DNA from: Deinococcaceae bacterium
GTDB lineage: Bacteria; Deinococcota; Deinococci; Deinococcales; Trueperaceae
Assembly (NCBI GenBank): GCA_040256005.1
Contig: JBDZWC010000006.1
Location: forward strand, 1-45,797
DNA length: 45,797 nucleotides
Reading direction: 5' to 3'
Shown: piece after piece, positions 32,131 to 40,674 of the stretch
Layout: every line of letters starts with the position of its first letter
How positions within the stretch are numbered: the stretch's first letter is position 1
Position numbers and translations under genes: made by a program
Notes under the pieces: model-generated
What the model was told of the DNA's origin: nothing
Database searches by the model: none
What the model saw: only the letters and a program-made list of their open reading frames with translations

Positions 32131-32519
32131 GGTGGGGCCTCGGCTGCGGCAGCACCCGGCGTTCGCTCGAGCACGACGACGGCCGCGGCATGGTCGACGG
32201 CGTGGGACAGCGAGACGTGGGCGACCAGCCCCTCCGCGGCCATGGCGGCTGACAGCTCCTTACTGGCGTGCAGTACCGGCCGCTCGCCTTCCTTCACGAC
32301 CCACACGTCGCGCCAGCTCAACGAGGACGGCCATACCTTGGCGAAGGCTTCCTTGGCCGCGAAGCGGGCGGCCAGCCCGGGGTAGACGTCCTTGCGACCT
32401 TCCAGCTCGGCTAGCTCCTCCGGGTGGAAGCAGCGTTTCAGGAACCTGACCGGGTGGCGCTGAGCAGCCCGGCGTACGCGCGCGATCTCGATCAGGTCGA
32501 GGCCCACGGCGACGATCAC
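32127..32519 (-). CDS. acpS: Holo-ACP synthase (4'-phosphopantetheinyl transferase)
   Basis: GLDLIEIAR, LAARFAAKEAFAK, VSLSH. Confidence 0.94.
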   Translation of the reverse strand: MIVAVGLDLIEIARVRRAAQRHPVRFLKRCFHPEELAELEGRKDVYPGLAARFAAKEAFAKVWPSSLSWRDVWVVKEGERPVLHASKELSAAMAAEGLVAHVSLSHAVDHAAAVVVLERTPGAAAAEAPP

Positions 32520-32559
32520 GGGCGGTGACCCCGATGGGCGCCGCTGGCAGCCGCCGCTC

Positions 32560-33252
32560 TCACCGCGTCCCGGCCCGCTCGAGGCGCCTCACGCCGCCGG
32601 AGCCGGTCACCAGGGCCTCGTCCGCCATGCCGACGAACAGGCCGTGCTCCACGAGGCCCGGCACGCCTTTCAGACGGGAGTGCAGTTCGCGTGTGTCGAA
32701 GCCGGGAGCCACCCGGCAATCGACGATGTGGTTGCCGTTGTCGGTCACGAAGAGCCCGTCACCGTCCCGTCGTGGCGTCGCCTCCTCGCACAGTTCCGCT
32801 AGAAGGGCGACGGTCCGTCGGAAACCGAAGCGCGCGACCTCGACAGGGACGGGCGCCTTCTCGCCCAGCCGCGTCACGAGCTTCGAGTCGTCGCCGATGA
32901 GCACGAACCTCTGTGCCGCGGCCGCCACGATCTTCTCCCTCAGCAGCGCGCCACCCAGGCCCTTGATCGCGTCGAGAGCAGGGGAGAGCTCGTCCATGCC
33001 GTCCACGGCCAGGTCGACGCCCGCCGCCGGCAGGTCGACGAGCCTCAGGCCCGCCTCCCGCGCCTGGTCGGCGGTCGCCTGCGAGGTCGGGACGCATGCG
33101 ATGTCGCTCACGTCACCGGAAGCCACGCGCTTCGCCAGGCCGGCCACGAACCAGCGCGCCGTGCTGCCCGTCCCCAAGCCCACCGTCATGCCGCTCGCGA
33201 CGTACTTCAGGGCCGCTTCCGCGGCCGCGCGCTTCAGATCCTCGGAACTCAT
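32560..33252 (-). CDS. rpiA: Ribose-5-phosphate isomerase A
   Basis: GLGTGST, DGMDE, IKGLGGALLREK, TDNGN, VEHGLF; real start ATG 33252 inside the long track ORF. Confidence 0.96.
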   Translation of the reverse strand: MSSEDLKRAAAEAALKYVASGMTVGLGTGSTARWFVAGLAKRVASGDVSDIACVPTSQATADQAREAGLRLVDLPAAGVDLAVDGMDELSPALDAIKGLGGALLREKIVAAAAQRFVLIGDDSKLVTRLGEKAPVPVEVARFGFRRTVALLAELCEEATPRRDGDGLFVTDNGNHIVDCRVAPGFDTRELHSRLKGVPGLVEHGLFVGMADEALVTGSGGVRRLERAGTR

Positions 33253-33300
33253 CTCGGCGGGCAGTCTAACCGTCGCCCCTGCCTGGGTAGACTTAGCGAC

Positions 33301-33870
33301 GTGCGGAGCATCGTGCTGGCCAGCGCATCGCCACGCCGCCGGGAGCTCCTCGCCAGCCTGGGCCTGACGTTCACGGTGGAACCAGCGGACGTCGACGAGG
33401 CGGTCCTGCCGGGGGAACGACCCGAACACCTGGTGTCGCGGTTGGCGACCGCCAAGGCCGAGGCCCTGGCGGATCGTCATCCCGAAGCGCTCGTCATCGC
33501 CGCCGACACCACGGTCGTCGTGGAGGGGCAGGTCATCAACAAGCCGACGGACGCGGCAGAGAACGCTGCCTTCTTGCGCCTCCTGTCCGGCCGGACGCAC
33601 GACGTCTACACCGGTCACGCCCTGAGACTGGGTGCGGCCTCCGAAGGGGGCGTCGTGAGGACGCGCGTGAGGTTCAGGCGACTCACCGACGGCGAGATAG
33701 ACCGTTACGTTCGGTCGGGAGAGGGCTTGGACAAGGCCGGCGGGTACGCGATACAGGGTCTGGGCGCGGCGCACGTGGCCGAGGTCGAGGGCAGCTACAC
33801 GAACGTCGTGGGCCTCAGCCTGCCCGCCGTAGTGGAGGCGGCCAGGCGCCTGGGGGTGGAGCTTGTCTAG
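33301..33870 (+). CDS. maf: Maf family nucleoside-triphosphate pyrophosphatase
   Basis: LASASPRRRELL, AADT, KP, LSGRTH, DKAGGYAIQG, NVVGL. Confidence 0.95.
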   Translation: MRSIVLASASPRRRELLASLGLTFTVEPADVDEAVLPGERPEHLVSRLATAKAEALADRHPEALVIAADTTVVVEGQVINKPTDAAENAAFLRLLSGRTHDVYTGHALRLGAASEGGVVRTRVRFRRLTDGEIDRYVRSGEGLDKAGGYAIQGLGAAHVAEVEGSYTNVVGLSLPAVVEAARRLGVELV

Positions 33871-34645
33871 CCTGCTCAGGGCCTGGTACGCGTTCATCGC
33901 GCTCGGTCTGGTGACGATCGCGCTCATGGCGCTGGTGGGGCGGGTACCTTTCGACCTCACCGCCGCCGTGGCGTTGCCGCACGACATGTTGCATCGCACC
34001 GGCACCAACGTCAGGTTGACTATCGAGAGCATGACCGACCGCCGGGACCTGCGGGCGGAGCTGGAGCGCCTGGAGACCGAGCTGGCCGCCACGCACCAGG
34101 AGGCACGCGACCTGGAGCTGGAGGTGCAGCGGCTCGAGCAGGTGCTGCAGGTCAGGCGCGCCCAATCGCCGGGCGTCGTGACCACGGCTCCCGGCATCGG
34201 GGGCGGCATAGGAGCCGACGGCGCGCGGCTAACCATCGGCGCCGGCAGTCGCCAGGGCGTGACCGTGGACATGCCCGTGACCGTGCCGGCGGGGCTGGTG
34301 GGCATCGTCACGGAGGTGGGGCCCACGTCCGCCGTCGTCCGCACGATCGCCGACCCGCAGTCGCGCGTGGGTGTCACCGTCCGGGGCAAGGGCGGCCAGG
34401 GAGTGCTCGTCGGGGACGTCGGCGAGCTGGTCCGGGTGACCCGCTTCGAGGAGGACGAGCCGGTCGAGGTGGGCGACCTCGTCGAGACCTCGAGCTTCGG
34501 GGGCCTGTTCCCGCTGGGCGTGCTGATCGGTGTCGTGGAGCAGGTCCTGCCGCCCGATCCCAACGAGCTCAGGCGCACCTACATCGTGCGCCCGAGCGTG
34601 GAGCTGGCGATCCTCCGCGAGGTCGTGCTGGTCGCGCCGCAGTAG
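33863..34645 (+). CDS. mreC: Rod shape-determining protein MreC
   Basis: TM helix, coiled coil, then GVTVDMPV...GLVGIV, GDLVETSSFGGLFPLGVLIG. Confidence 0.9.
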   Translation: MSSLLRAWYAFIALGLVTIALMALVGRVPFDLTAAVALPHDMLHRTGTNVRLTIESMTDRRDLRAELERLETELAATHQEARDLELEVQRLEQVLQVRRAQSPGVVTTAPGIGGGIGADGARLTIGAGSRQGVTVDMPVTVPAGLVGIVTEVGPTSAVVRTIADPQSRVGVTVRGKGGQGVLVGDVGELVRVTRFEEDEPVEVGDLVETSSFGGLFPLGVLIGVVEQVLPPDPNELRRTYIVRPSVELAILREVVLVAPQ

Positions 34646-34698
34646 CTCCGCGTGTAACCTACTGACCTGATGGACCGGGGCGGCGCTGGAGGTGATCA

Positions 34699-35094
34699 AT
34701 GGCTGGCTGGGCAGTGATACCCACTGTGCGCGTGCCCGACATGCGCGAGGCTCTTGACTTCTACCTGGGGAAGCTCGGCTTCACCCTGGACCGCGGTGGC
34801 CCCGAAGAGGTGAACAACTCGCTCACCCGCGGGGACGCGCGCATCATGCTCGAGGTGCCCACAGACCTCTACTCGCCGGCCTACAACGAGGCGATAAGGC
34901 GGCGGCTCGGCGGCGCGGCACCCATCTCGCTTTACATCGAGGCTCCTGACCTCAAGGAGTTCTACGAGAGGCTGCAAGCGTCTGGAGTCACCGTGGTGGA
35001 CCCCATGGCGCCGCGGCCGTGGGGACAGGACGAGTTCACGGTCGAAGACCACGTGGGCACGTGGTTGACGTTCTGGTACTCGGCCGACAAGTGA
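34699..35094 (+). CDS. VOC (glyoxalase/bleomycin-resistance) family protein
   Basis: ALDFYLGKLGF, PWGQDEFTVEDHVG; GGAGG RBS. Confidence 0.88.
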   Translation: MAGWAVIPTVRVPDMREALDFYLGKLGFTLDRGGPEEVNNSLTRGDARIMLEVPTDLYSPAYNEAIRRRLGGAAPISLYIEAPDLKEFYERLQASGVTVVDPMAPRPWGQDEFTVEDHVGTWLTFWYSADK

Positions 35095-35148
35095 ACGCCG
35101 TCGGGTCCGCGATCCGCCTTTAGGACCGCCGTCGCCCTCAGATAGACG

Positions 35149-35174
35149 GGCGGCCGGCTCTCGGGCCGGCCGCC
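35149..35174. terminator. Hairpin between the convergent VOC and leuS genes (likely terminator)
   Basis: Perfect 10-bp stem GGCGGCCGGC/GCCGGCCGCC with a 6-nt loop; no strong U-tract. Confidence 0.55.
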
Positions 35175-35196
35175 TGCACGCCTGGTCTCACGGGCG

Positions 35197-37725
35197 TCAG
35201 CCCTTCACCACGAAGCTGACCATCCTGCCCTTCACGACGATCTCGCGCACGACCTGTCCCTCCGACAGGTAGCGAGCCACGTTCGGCTCGGCACGGGCGA
35301 TGTCGAGGACCTGGGAGTCCTCGGCACCCACGGGAACCTGGACCTGGCCACGCACCTTGCCGTTGACCTGCACCGCCATCTGCACGGTCTCCGCCACGAG
35401 GGCGGACTCGTCGTAGCTGGGCCAGCTCTGCAGGTGGACCGAGCCCGGGAAGCCGGAGCGCTCCCACAGCTCCTCGGCGATGTGGGGTGCGATGGGAGCG
35501 AGGAGCAGCAGGAGTTCGCGGACGGCCTCCGACCAGGCGGGACCCAGCGCCGCTCTGTGCGCCCTGGCCTTGCCCATCGCGTTCGAGAGCGTCATGAGCT
35601 CTGCGATCGCGGTGTTGAAGCGGAAGGCGCCCAGGTCCTCGGTCACCTCCTTGATCGCGTTGTGGACCGCTCGCTTGAGCTCGCCGGCCACGGTGTCCAA
35701 GTCCGCGTCCGGGCTGGGCTCCGGCTTCGCCTCCTGCTCGACGACCAGTGCCCAGACGCGGTGGAGGAACCGGTAGACGCCCTCGATCCCCTGGTAGTTC
35801 CACGGCCCACCCTGGTCCCACGGGCCGATGAACATGAGGAAGGCCCTGACGGTGTCGGCCCCGTACTGGGTGACGAGCTCGTCGGGGTTGACGACGTTGC
35901 CGCGCGACTTCGACATCTTCTCGTTGTCGGCGCCCAGGATGATCCCCTGGTTGCGGAGCTTCAGGAACGGCTCGTCTATCTCGACCAGGCCCAGGTCGCG
36001 CAAGACCTTGGTGAAGAAGCGGGCGTAGAGCAGGTGGAGGATCGCGTGTTCGACACCACCCGTGTAGACGTCCACCGGGGTCCAACGCTTGACGAGCTCC
36101 GGGTCGAGGGGCCTGGCGTCGTCGTGCGGCGAGAGGTAGCGGAACCAGTACCAAGCCGAGTCCACGAACGTGTCCATCGTGTCGGTCTCGCGGTGTGCCT
36201 TGCCGCCGCAGTTGGGACAGGCGACCTCGGCGAACGCCGGGTGGTGCTTGAGGGGCGACTCACCCGTGGGCATGAACGCTACGTCGTCCGGCAGCAGTAC
36301 GGGGAGGTTCTCCTCCTTCTCGGGCTGGATGCCGCAGTCGTCGCAGTAGACGATCGGTATGGGCGTGCCCCAGTAACGCTGCCTCGAGATCAGCCAGTCG
36401 CGCAGGCGGTACGTCACCTGCTCCTCGCCGGCACCGATGCCCTTGAGGTGGTCGATGGCCGCGGCGATCGCAGGGTTCGCGCGGCCCTTCTCGCCGTTGT
36501 TGCGCAGCCCGTTCAGAGGCCCCGAGTTGATCATGGTGCCCGGGCCCGTCCACAGGTCCTTGAGCTCCTCGTCTGGCACGCGCGAGTCGTCGGGGCGCAC
36601 GACGGGGCGGATCTCGAGGTGGAACTTCTGCGCGAACTCGTGGTCGCGTTCGTCGCCGTAGGGCACGGCCATGATGGCGCCGGTCCCGTAACCCATGAGG
36701 ACGTAGTCGGCGATCCAGATGGGGATCCTCTCGCCGTTGACGGGGTTGAGGGCGTGGGCGCCGATGAACTCGCCGGTCTTCTCCCGCGTCTCGGCCTGGC
36801 GGTCGAGCTCGGTCATGTGGCTGGCACGCTCGACGTAGGCGCGCACGGCGTCGCGCCTGTCCGGGGTCGTCAGCTTCTCGACCAGCGGATGCTCGGGCGC
36901 CAGGACCATGAAGGTGGCGCCCCACAGGGTGTCGGGACGGGTCGTGAAGACCTCGATATCGTCTCCCTGCTCGCTCCTGAAGACCACCTTCGCTCCCTCG
37001 GAGCGGCCGATCCAGTTGGTCTGCATCACCCGGATGCGCTCGGGCCAGTCGAGGCCTTCGAAGCTGAGCAGCTCGTCAGCGTAGTCGGTGATCTTGAAGT
37101 GCCACTGCGGCATGAGGCGCCGCTCGATGAGGGCGCCGGAGCGTTCCCCGCGCCCGTCGATCACCTGCTCGTTCGCCAGCACCGTCTGGTCCACCGGGTC
37201 CCAGTTGACGAACGACTCCTTGCGGTAGGCGATGCCCCGCTCGTACATCTTCAGGAAGAACCACTGGTTCCACTTGTAGTACTCGGGGTCGCACGTGATG
37301 ACCTTCTTCGACCAGTCGAACATGGCGCCCATCTGGTCGTACTGACGCTCCATGCGCTCGATGCGCTGGTAGGTGAGCGTGGCAGGGTGCACGTCCTCGC
37401 CCTGGCGCGCGGCGCGGATCGCGGCGTTCTCGGCCGGCAGGCCGAACGCGTCGAACCCCATGGGGAAGAGCACGTTGTAGCCGTTCATGCGCTTGAAGCG
37501 CGCCGCCGCGTCGGCGGGCGCCTCGGCGAACCAGTGGCCCACGTGCAGGTCGCCCGAGGGGTAGGGGTACATCGTCAGGAAGTAGAACTTGGGTCTGCTG
37601 TCGTCGTGTAAGTCAACCTCGTAGAGGCGCCGCTCTCGCCAGCGCTCCTGCCACTTGGCCTCGACTTCGCCGGGCGAGTAGCGGTCCGCCTGAACGGCAT
37701 CGCTGCTCGGGATGGTCTGCGTCAT
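35197..37725 (-). CDS. leuS: Leucine--tRNA ligase
   Basis: MYPYPSGDLHVGH (HIGH), GFDAFGLPAEN, editing domain TTRPDT / GTGAIMAVP, WLISRQRYWG, KMSKS, VQVNGK. Confidence 0.98.
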   Translation of the reverse strand: MTQTIPSSDAVQADRYSPGEVEAKWQERWRERRLYEVDLHDDSRPKFYFLTMYPYPSGDLHVGHWFAEAPADAAARFKRMNGYNVLFPMGFDAFGLPAENAAIRAARQGEDVHPATLTYQRIERMERQYDQMGAMFDWSKKVITCDPEYYKWNQWFFLKMYERGIAYRKESFVNWDPVDQTVLANEQVIDGRGERSGALIERRLMPQWHFKITDYADELLSFEGLDWPERIRVMQTNWIGRSEGAKVVFRSEQGDDIEVFTTRPDTLWGATFMVLAPEHPLVEKLTTPDRRDAVRAYVERASHMTELDRQAETREKTGEFIGAHALNPVNGERIPIWIADYVLMGYGTGAIMAVPYGDERDHEFAQKFHLEIRPVVRPDDSRVPDEELKDLWTGPGTMINSGPLNGLRNNGEKGRANPAIAAAIDHLKGIGAGEEQVTYRLRDWLISRQRYWGTPIPIVYCDDCGIQPEKEENLPVLLPDDVAFMPTGESPLKHHPAFAEVACPNCGGKAHRETDTMDTFVDSAWYWFRYLSPHDDARPLDPELVKRWTPVDVYTGGVEHAILHLLYARFFTKVLRDLGLVEIDEPFLKLRNQGIILGADNEKMSKSRGNVVNPDELVTQYGADTVRAFLMFIGPWDQGGPWNYQGIEGVYRFLHRVWALVVEQEAKPEPSPDADLDTVAGELKRAVHNAIKEVTEDLGAFRFNTAIAELMTLSNAMGKARAHRAALGPAWSEAVRELLLLLAPIAPHIAEELWERSGFPGSVHLQSWPSYDESALVAETVQMAVQVNGKVRGQVQVPVGAEDSQVLDIARAEPNVARYLSEGQVVREIVVKGRMVSFVVKG

Positions 37726-37760
37726 GGTCCCTCCGAACCTTTCAGGTGCCTAGTACCACA

Positions 37761-37789
37761 TGAAGAACCCCGGCCTCGCGAGCCGGGGT
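37761..37789 (-). terminator. Attenuator terminator in the leuS leader
   Basis: mRNA ACCCCGGC-UCGCGAG-GCCGGGGU followed by UCUUCAUGU, about 40 nt before the leuS start. Confidence 0.7.
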
Positions 37790-37823
37790 GCGCCTGGTCG
37801 GACGAACGGTCCTGTTCGGGCCG

Positions 37824-37907
37824 TCAGCCGGGCGCACCAGCTAGGTCTAGGCGTAGTCGAGCGCCGCCGCTGCGGTGAGTCCAGTTGTGGGCGGCCCTCG
37901 CGTCCAT
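37824..37907 (-). CDS. Putative leuS leader peptide MDARAAHNWTHRSGGARLRLDLAGAPG
   Basis: ATG 6 nt after the -10 box; its only three Leu codons (18, 20, 22) are all CTA; stop lies just upstream of the terminator. Confidence 0.75.
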   Translation of the reverse strand: MDARAAHNWTHRSGGARLRLDLAGAPG

Positions 37908-37913
37908 GACGGC

Positions 37914-37942
37914 ATCGTAGGCCCCGCGGGAACGCCAGTCAA
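37914..37942 (-). promoter_or_regulatory. Sigma70-type promoter for the leuS leader: TTGACT-N17-TACGAT
   Basis: -35 at 37942-37937, -10 at 37919-37914, exact 17-nt spacer. Confidence 0.8.
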
Positions 37943-38116
37943 CCGCGCTGATCGCAGCCAGGGCGACCGTCCGACCACCCTTGCCTGCGGGTCCGGCGGG
38001 CGCCTGCCCTCCGGACGCTGGCTGGCGCTCCAGCACGTACCGAGAGCGCGCGATGTGCGCACCCGGACGCTCCAGGGTGGCGGCCCGGCGCCGGTGACCC
38101 GCTGTAGACTCCGAGC

Positions 38117-39508
38117 ATGGAGTTCGATCTCATCGTCATCGGGTCGGGACCTGGGGGCTACCACGCCGCCATCAGGGCCGCACAACTAGGCCTCAAGGTG
38201 GCCTGCGCCGAGAAGGCCGACATCGGTGGCGTGTGTCTCAACGTCGGCTGCATACCCACCAAAGCGCTGCTCCACGTGGCCGCCGAGGTGAGGAACGGCA
38301 GGCATGCAGGCGAGATCGGCGTCAGGTTCGGCGAGCCCGAACTGGACCTCGAGGCGATCGACGGCTTCAAGAGCAGCGTCGTCAAGAAGATGACGGGCGG
38401 CGTCGGCATGCTGTTCAAGGGCAACAAGGTCGAGGTGCTCAAGGGCGAGGCACGCTTCGTCTCCAAGGACGAGGTGGAGGTGGCGGGAGAGCGCCACAAG
38501 GCGAAGAAGTTCATCGTCGCCACCGGATCCCGGCCGGCCTCCATCCCCGGCTTCGAGATCGACGGTGACGGGATCATCGACTCGACCGGCGCGCTCGAGG
38601 TGGGCGGCGCGGTGCCTGGGCGCATGCTCGTGATCGGCGGCGGGGCGATAGGGCTCGAGTTCGCCGACGTCTACCAGGCGTTGGGCAGCCAGGTGACCGT
38701 CGTCGAGATGCTCGAGCAGATCGCGCCGGCATCCGACGCTGACGCCGCCAAGGAGCTGCGCAAGTCCTTCGAGAAGCGCGGGATCGAGGTCCTGACGGGC
38801 ACGAAGGTCGCGGGCCAGAAGCGGGGCAAGAAAGGCATCGAGGTGAGTCTCGACGGCGACGGCGGTCAGCGCACCGTGACCGTCGACAAGGTGCTCGTCG
38901 CCGTGGGCCGGCGCCCGAACGGCAAGGGGCTGGGCCTCGAGGAGATCGGCGTCGACGTCGATGAGCGCGGGTTCGTCAAGGTCGTGAACGAGCACATGCA
39001 GACGACCCTCGACCACGTCTACGCCATCGGCGACGTCGCTCGAGCCCCTCTGCTGGCGCACAAGGCGATGAAGGAGGGCCTGGTGGCGGCCGAGCACGCC
39101 GCCGGCAAGCCCGTGGCTTACGACACCGTGGTGCCGTCGGTCATCTACACGTGGCCGGAGCTCGCCAGCGTCGGGATGACGGAGCAGGAAGCCAAGGACG
39201 CGGGCTACACCGTGCGCGTGGGACGCTTCCCGTTCACGGCGTCGGGCCGGGCGGCCAGCCTGGGCACCGACGAGGGGCTCGTCAAGCTGATCGGGGATCA
39301 GGAGACCGACCTGCTGTTGGGAGCGCACATCGTGGGCCCGGGGGCGGGCGAGCTCATCGCCGAGGCCACCCTGGCCATCGAGATGGGTGCCACCCTGGAA
39401 GACATCGCGCTCACGCAGCACCCGCATCCGACCCTCTCCGAAGGGCTCATGGAGGCAGCGGAGCACGCCCACGGCAGGGCGATCCACATCGCCAACCGCC
39501 GCAGGTGA
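38117..39508 (+). CDS. lpdA: Dihydrolipoamide dehydrogenase
   Basis: GSGPGG, GGVCLNVGCIPTK, GGGAIGLE, LAHKA, HPHPTLSE. Confidence 0.97.
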   Translation: MEFDLIVIGSGPGGYHAAIRAAQLGLKVACAEKADIGGVCLNVGCIPTKALLHVAAEVRNGRHAGEIGVRFGEPELDLEAIDGFKSSVVKKMTGGVGMLFKGNKVEVLKGEARFVSKDEVEVAGERHKAKKFIVATGSRPASIPGFEIDGDGIIDSTGALEVGGAVPGRMLVIGGGAIGLEFADVYQALGSQVTVVEMLEQIAPASDADAAKELRKSFEKRGIEVLTGTKVAGQKRGKKGIEVSLDGDGGQRTVTVDKVLVAVGRRPNGKGLGLEEIGVDVDERGFVKVVNEHMQTTLDHVYAIGDVARAPLLAHKAMKEGLVAAEHAAGKPVAYDTVVPSVIYTWPELASVGMTEQEAKDAGYTVRVGRFPFTASGRAASLGTDEGLVKLIGDQETDLLLGAHIVGPGAGELIAEATLAIEMGATLEDIALTQHPHPTLSEGLMEAAEHAHGRAIHIANRRR

Positions 39509-39519
39509 ACGGTTAGGGC

Positions 39520-40674
39520 CTAGGTCGTGTAGTCGGCGTTGATGCGGACGTACTCGGCGCTCAGGTCGCAGCCCCACGCTTCGCCGGTCGCGTCGCCGGC
39601 GGCCAGGTCCACCTCGAGCAGCACGTCTTCCTGGCGCAGCGCTACGGAGACCTCGGCGGCGTCGAACGGCCGCGGGGCCCCCTTGTAGAGCTCGGTGCGC
39701 TGCACGGCTACCCGCACGTTGGCCAGGTCACAGACGGCGCCGGAGCGGCCCACGGCGGCGAGGATGCGGCCCCAGTTGGGGTCGGCGCCGTGCACGGCCG
39801 ACTTGACCAGCATGCTGCCGGCGACCGTCTTGGCCGCCCACCTGGCCTCCACGTCGTTGCGACCACCCGTGACCCTCACGGTGATCAGCTTCGTCGCCCC
39901 TTCGCCGTCCCTGGCCACCTTCTTGGCGAGCTTGGCGCAGACGTCGACGAGCGCCTCCTCGAGCTCCTCCAGGTCCGCGGGCACGCGCTGGGACGACAGG
40001 GCGATCGCCATGTCGTTGGTGGAGGTATCACCGTCGACGCTGAGCTGGTTGAACGTGCGGTCCACGACCCGCGGCCACATCTCGCGCAGGTCCTCCTGCG
40101 AGATGCGCGCGTCCGTCATCACGAACGCCAGCAGGGTCGCCATGTTGGGGTGGATCATGCCGGAGCCCTTGACGACGCCGAGGACGCGGGCCCCGGTGGA
40201 GAGCGTGGCCACGGCCTCCTTCGGCACGGTGTCCGTGGTCAGGATCGCCTGTGCGAAGGCAGCGGAGTCTGCGGTCAGGTCGTTGGCCGCGGCGGGCATG
40301 GCGGCCTTCAGCTTGTCTATCGGCAACGGCACACCGATCACGCCGGTGGAGGCCGTGAGCACGTCCTGGACGCGGTCGAGCGCCAAGGTCGCCGCGGCCG
40401 CCCCGGCCAGGTCCTCGTTGTCCCACGTGCCTCTCTCGCCGTTGGCGCAGTTGGCGTTGCCGCTGTTCACTACCACCGCCCGCACGCTCGCCTCGGCGGC
40501 GAAGCGCGACCGGTTGCGGGAGACACAAGGCGCCTTGACGAGGTTCGTCGTCGACACCAGCGCCCACGCCAGAGGATGTGGGGAGTAGATGAGGCCCAGG
40601 TCGCTCCGGCCCGACTCCTTGATGCCCGCCGTCACACCCGCCAGCTCGAAGCCGCGTGGCGCCCTCAAGGCCAC
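39520..40674 (-). CDS. argJ: Ornithine acetyltransferase ArgJ
   Basis: NSGNAN, STGVIG, TTDT, KGSGMIHPNMAT, DGDTSTND, DGEGATK. Confidence 0.97.
   Translation of the reverse strand: MALRAPRGFELAGVTAGIKESGRSDLGLIYSPHPLAWALVSTTNLVKAPCVSRNRSRFAAEASVRAVVVNSGNANCANGERGTWDNEDLAGAAAATLALDRVQDVLTASTGVIGVPLPIDKLKAAMPAAANDLTADSAAFAQAILTTDTVPKEAVATLSTGARVLGVVKGSGMIHPNMATLLAFVMTDARISQEDLREMWPRVVDRTFNQLSVDGDTSTNDMAIALSSQRVPADLEELEEALVDVCAKLAKKVARDGEGATKLITVRVTGGRNDVEARWAAKTVAGSMLVKSAVHGADPNWGRILAAVGRSGAVCDLANVRVAVQRTELYKGAPRPFDAAEVSVALRQEDVLLEVDLAAGDATGEAWGCDLSAEYVRINADYTT

Noticed and set aside
32560..34578. Apparent 672-aa RpiA fusion (similarly the 615-aa M20 and 458-aa polyprenyl synthase extensions)
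   Set aside because: The N-terminal extensions overlap maf/mreC, the response regulator or rex; the true starts are 33252, 30549 and 11875
37968..37982. AAGGGTGGT on the minus strand upstream of leuS, resembling a T-box antiterminator motif
   Set aside because: It lacks the UGGNACC bulge (continues CGGACG), I see no stem I/specifier, and it lies upstream of the TTGACT-N17-TACGAT promoter; the leader-peptide model explains the region better
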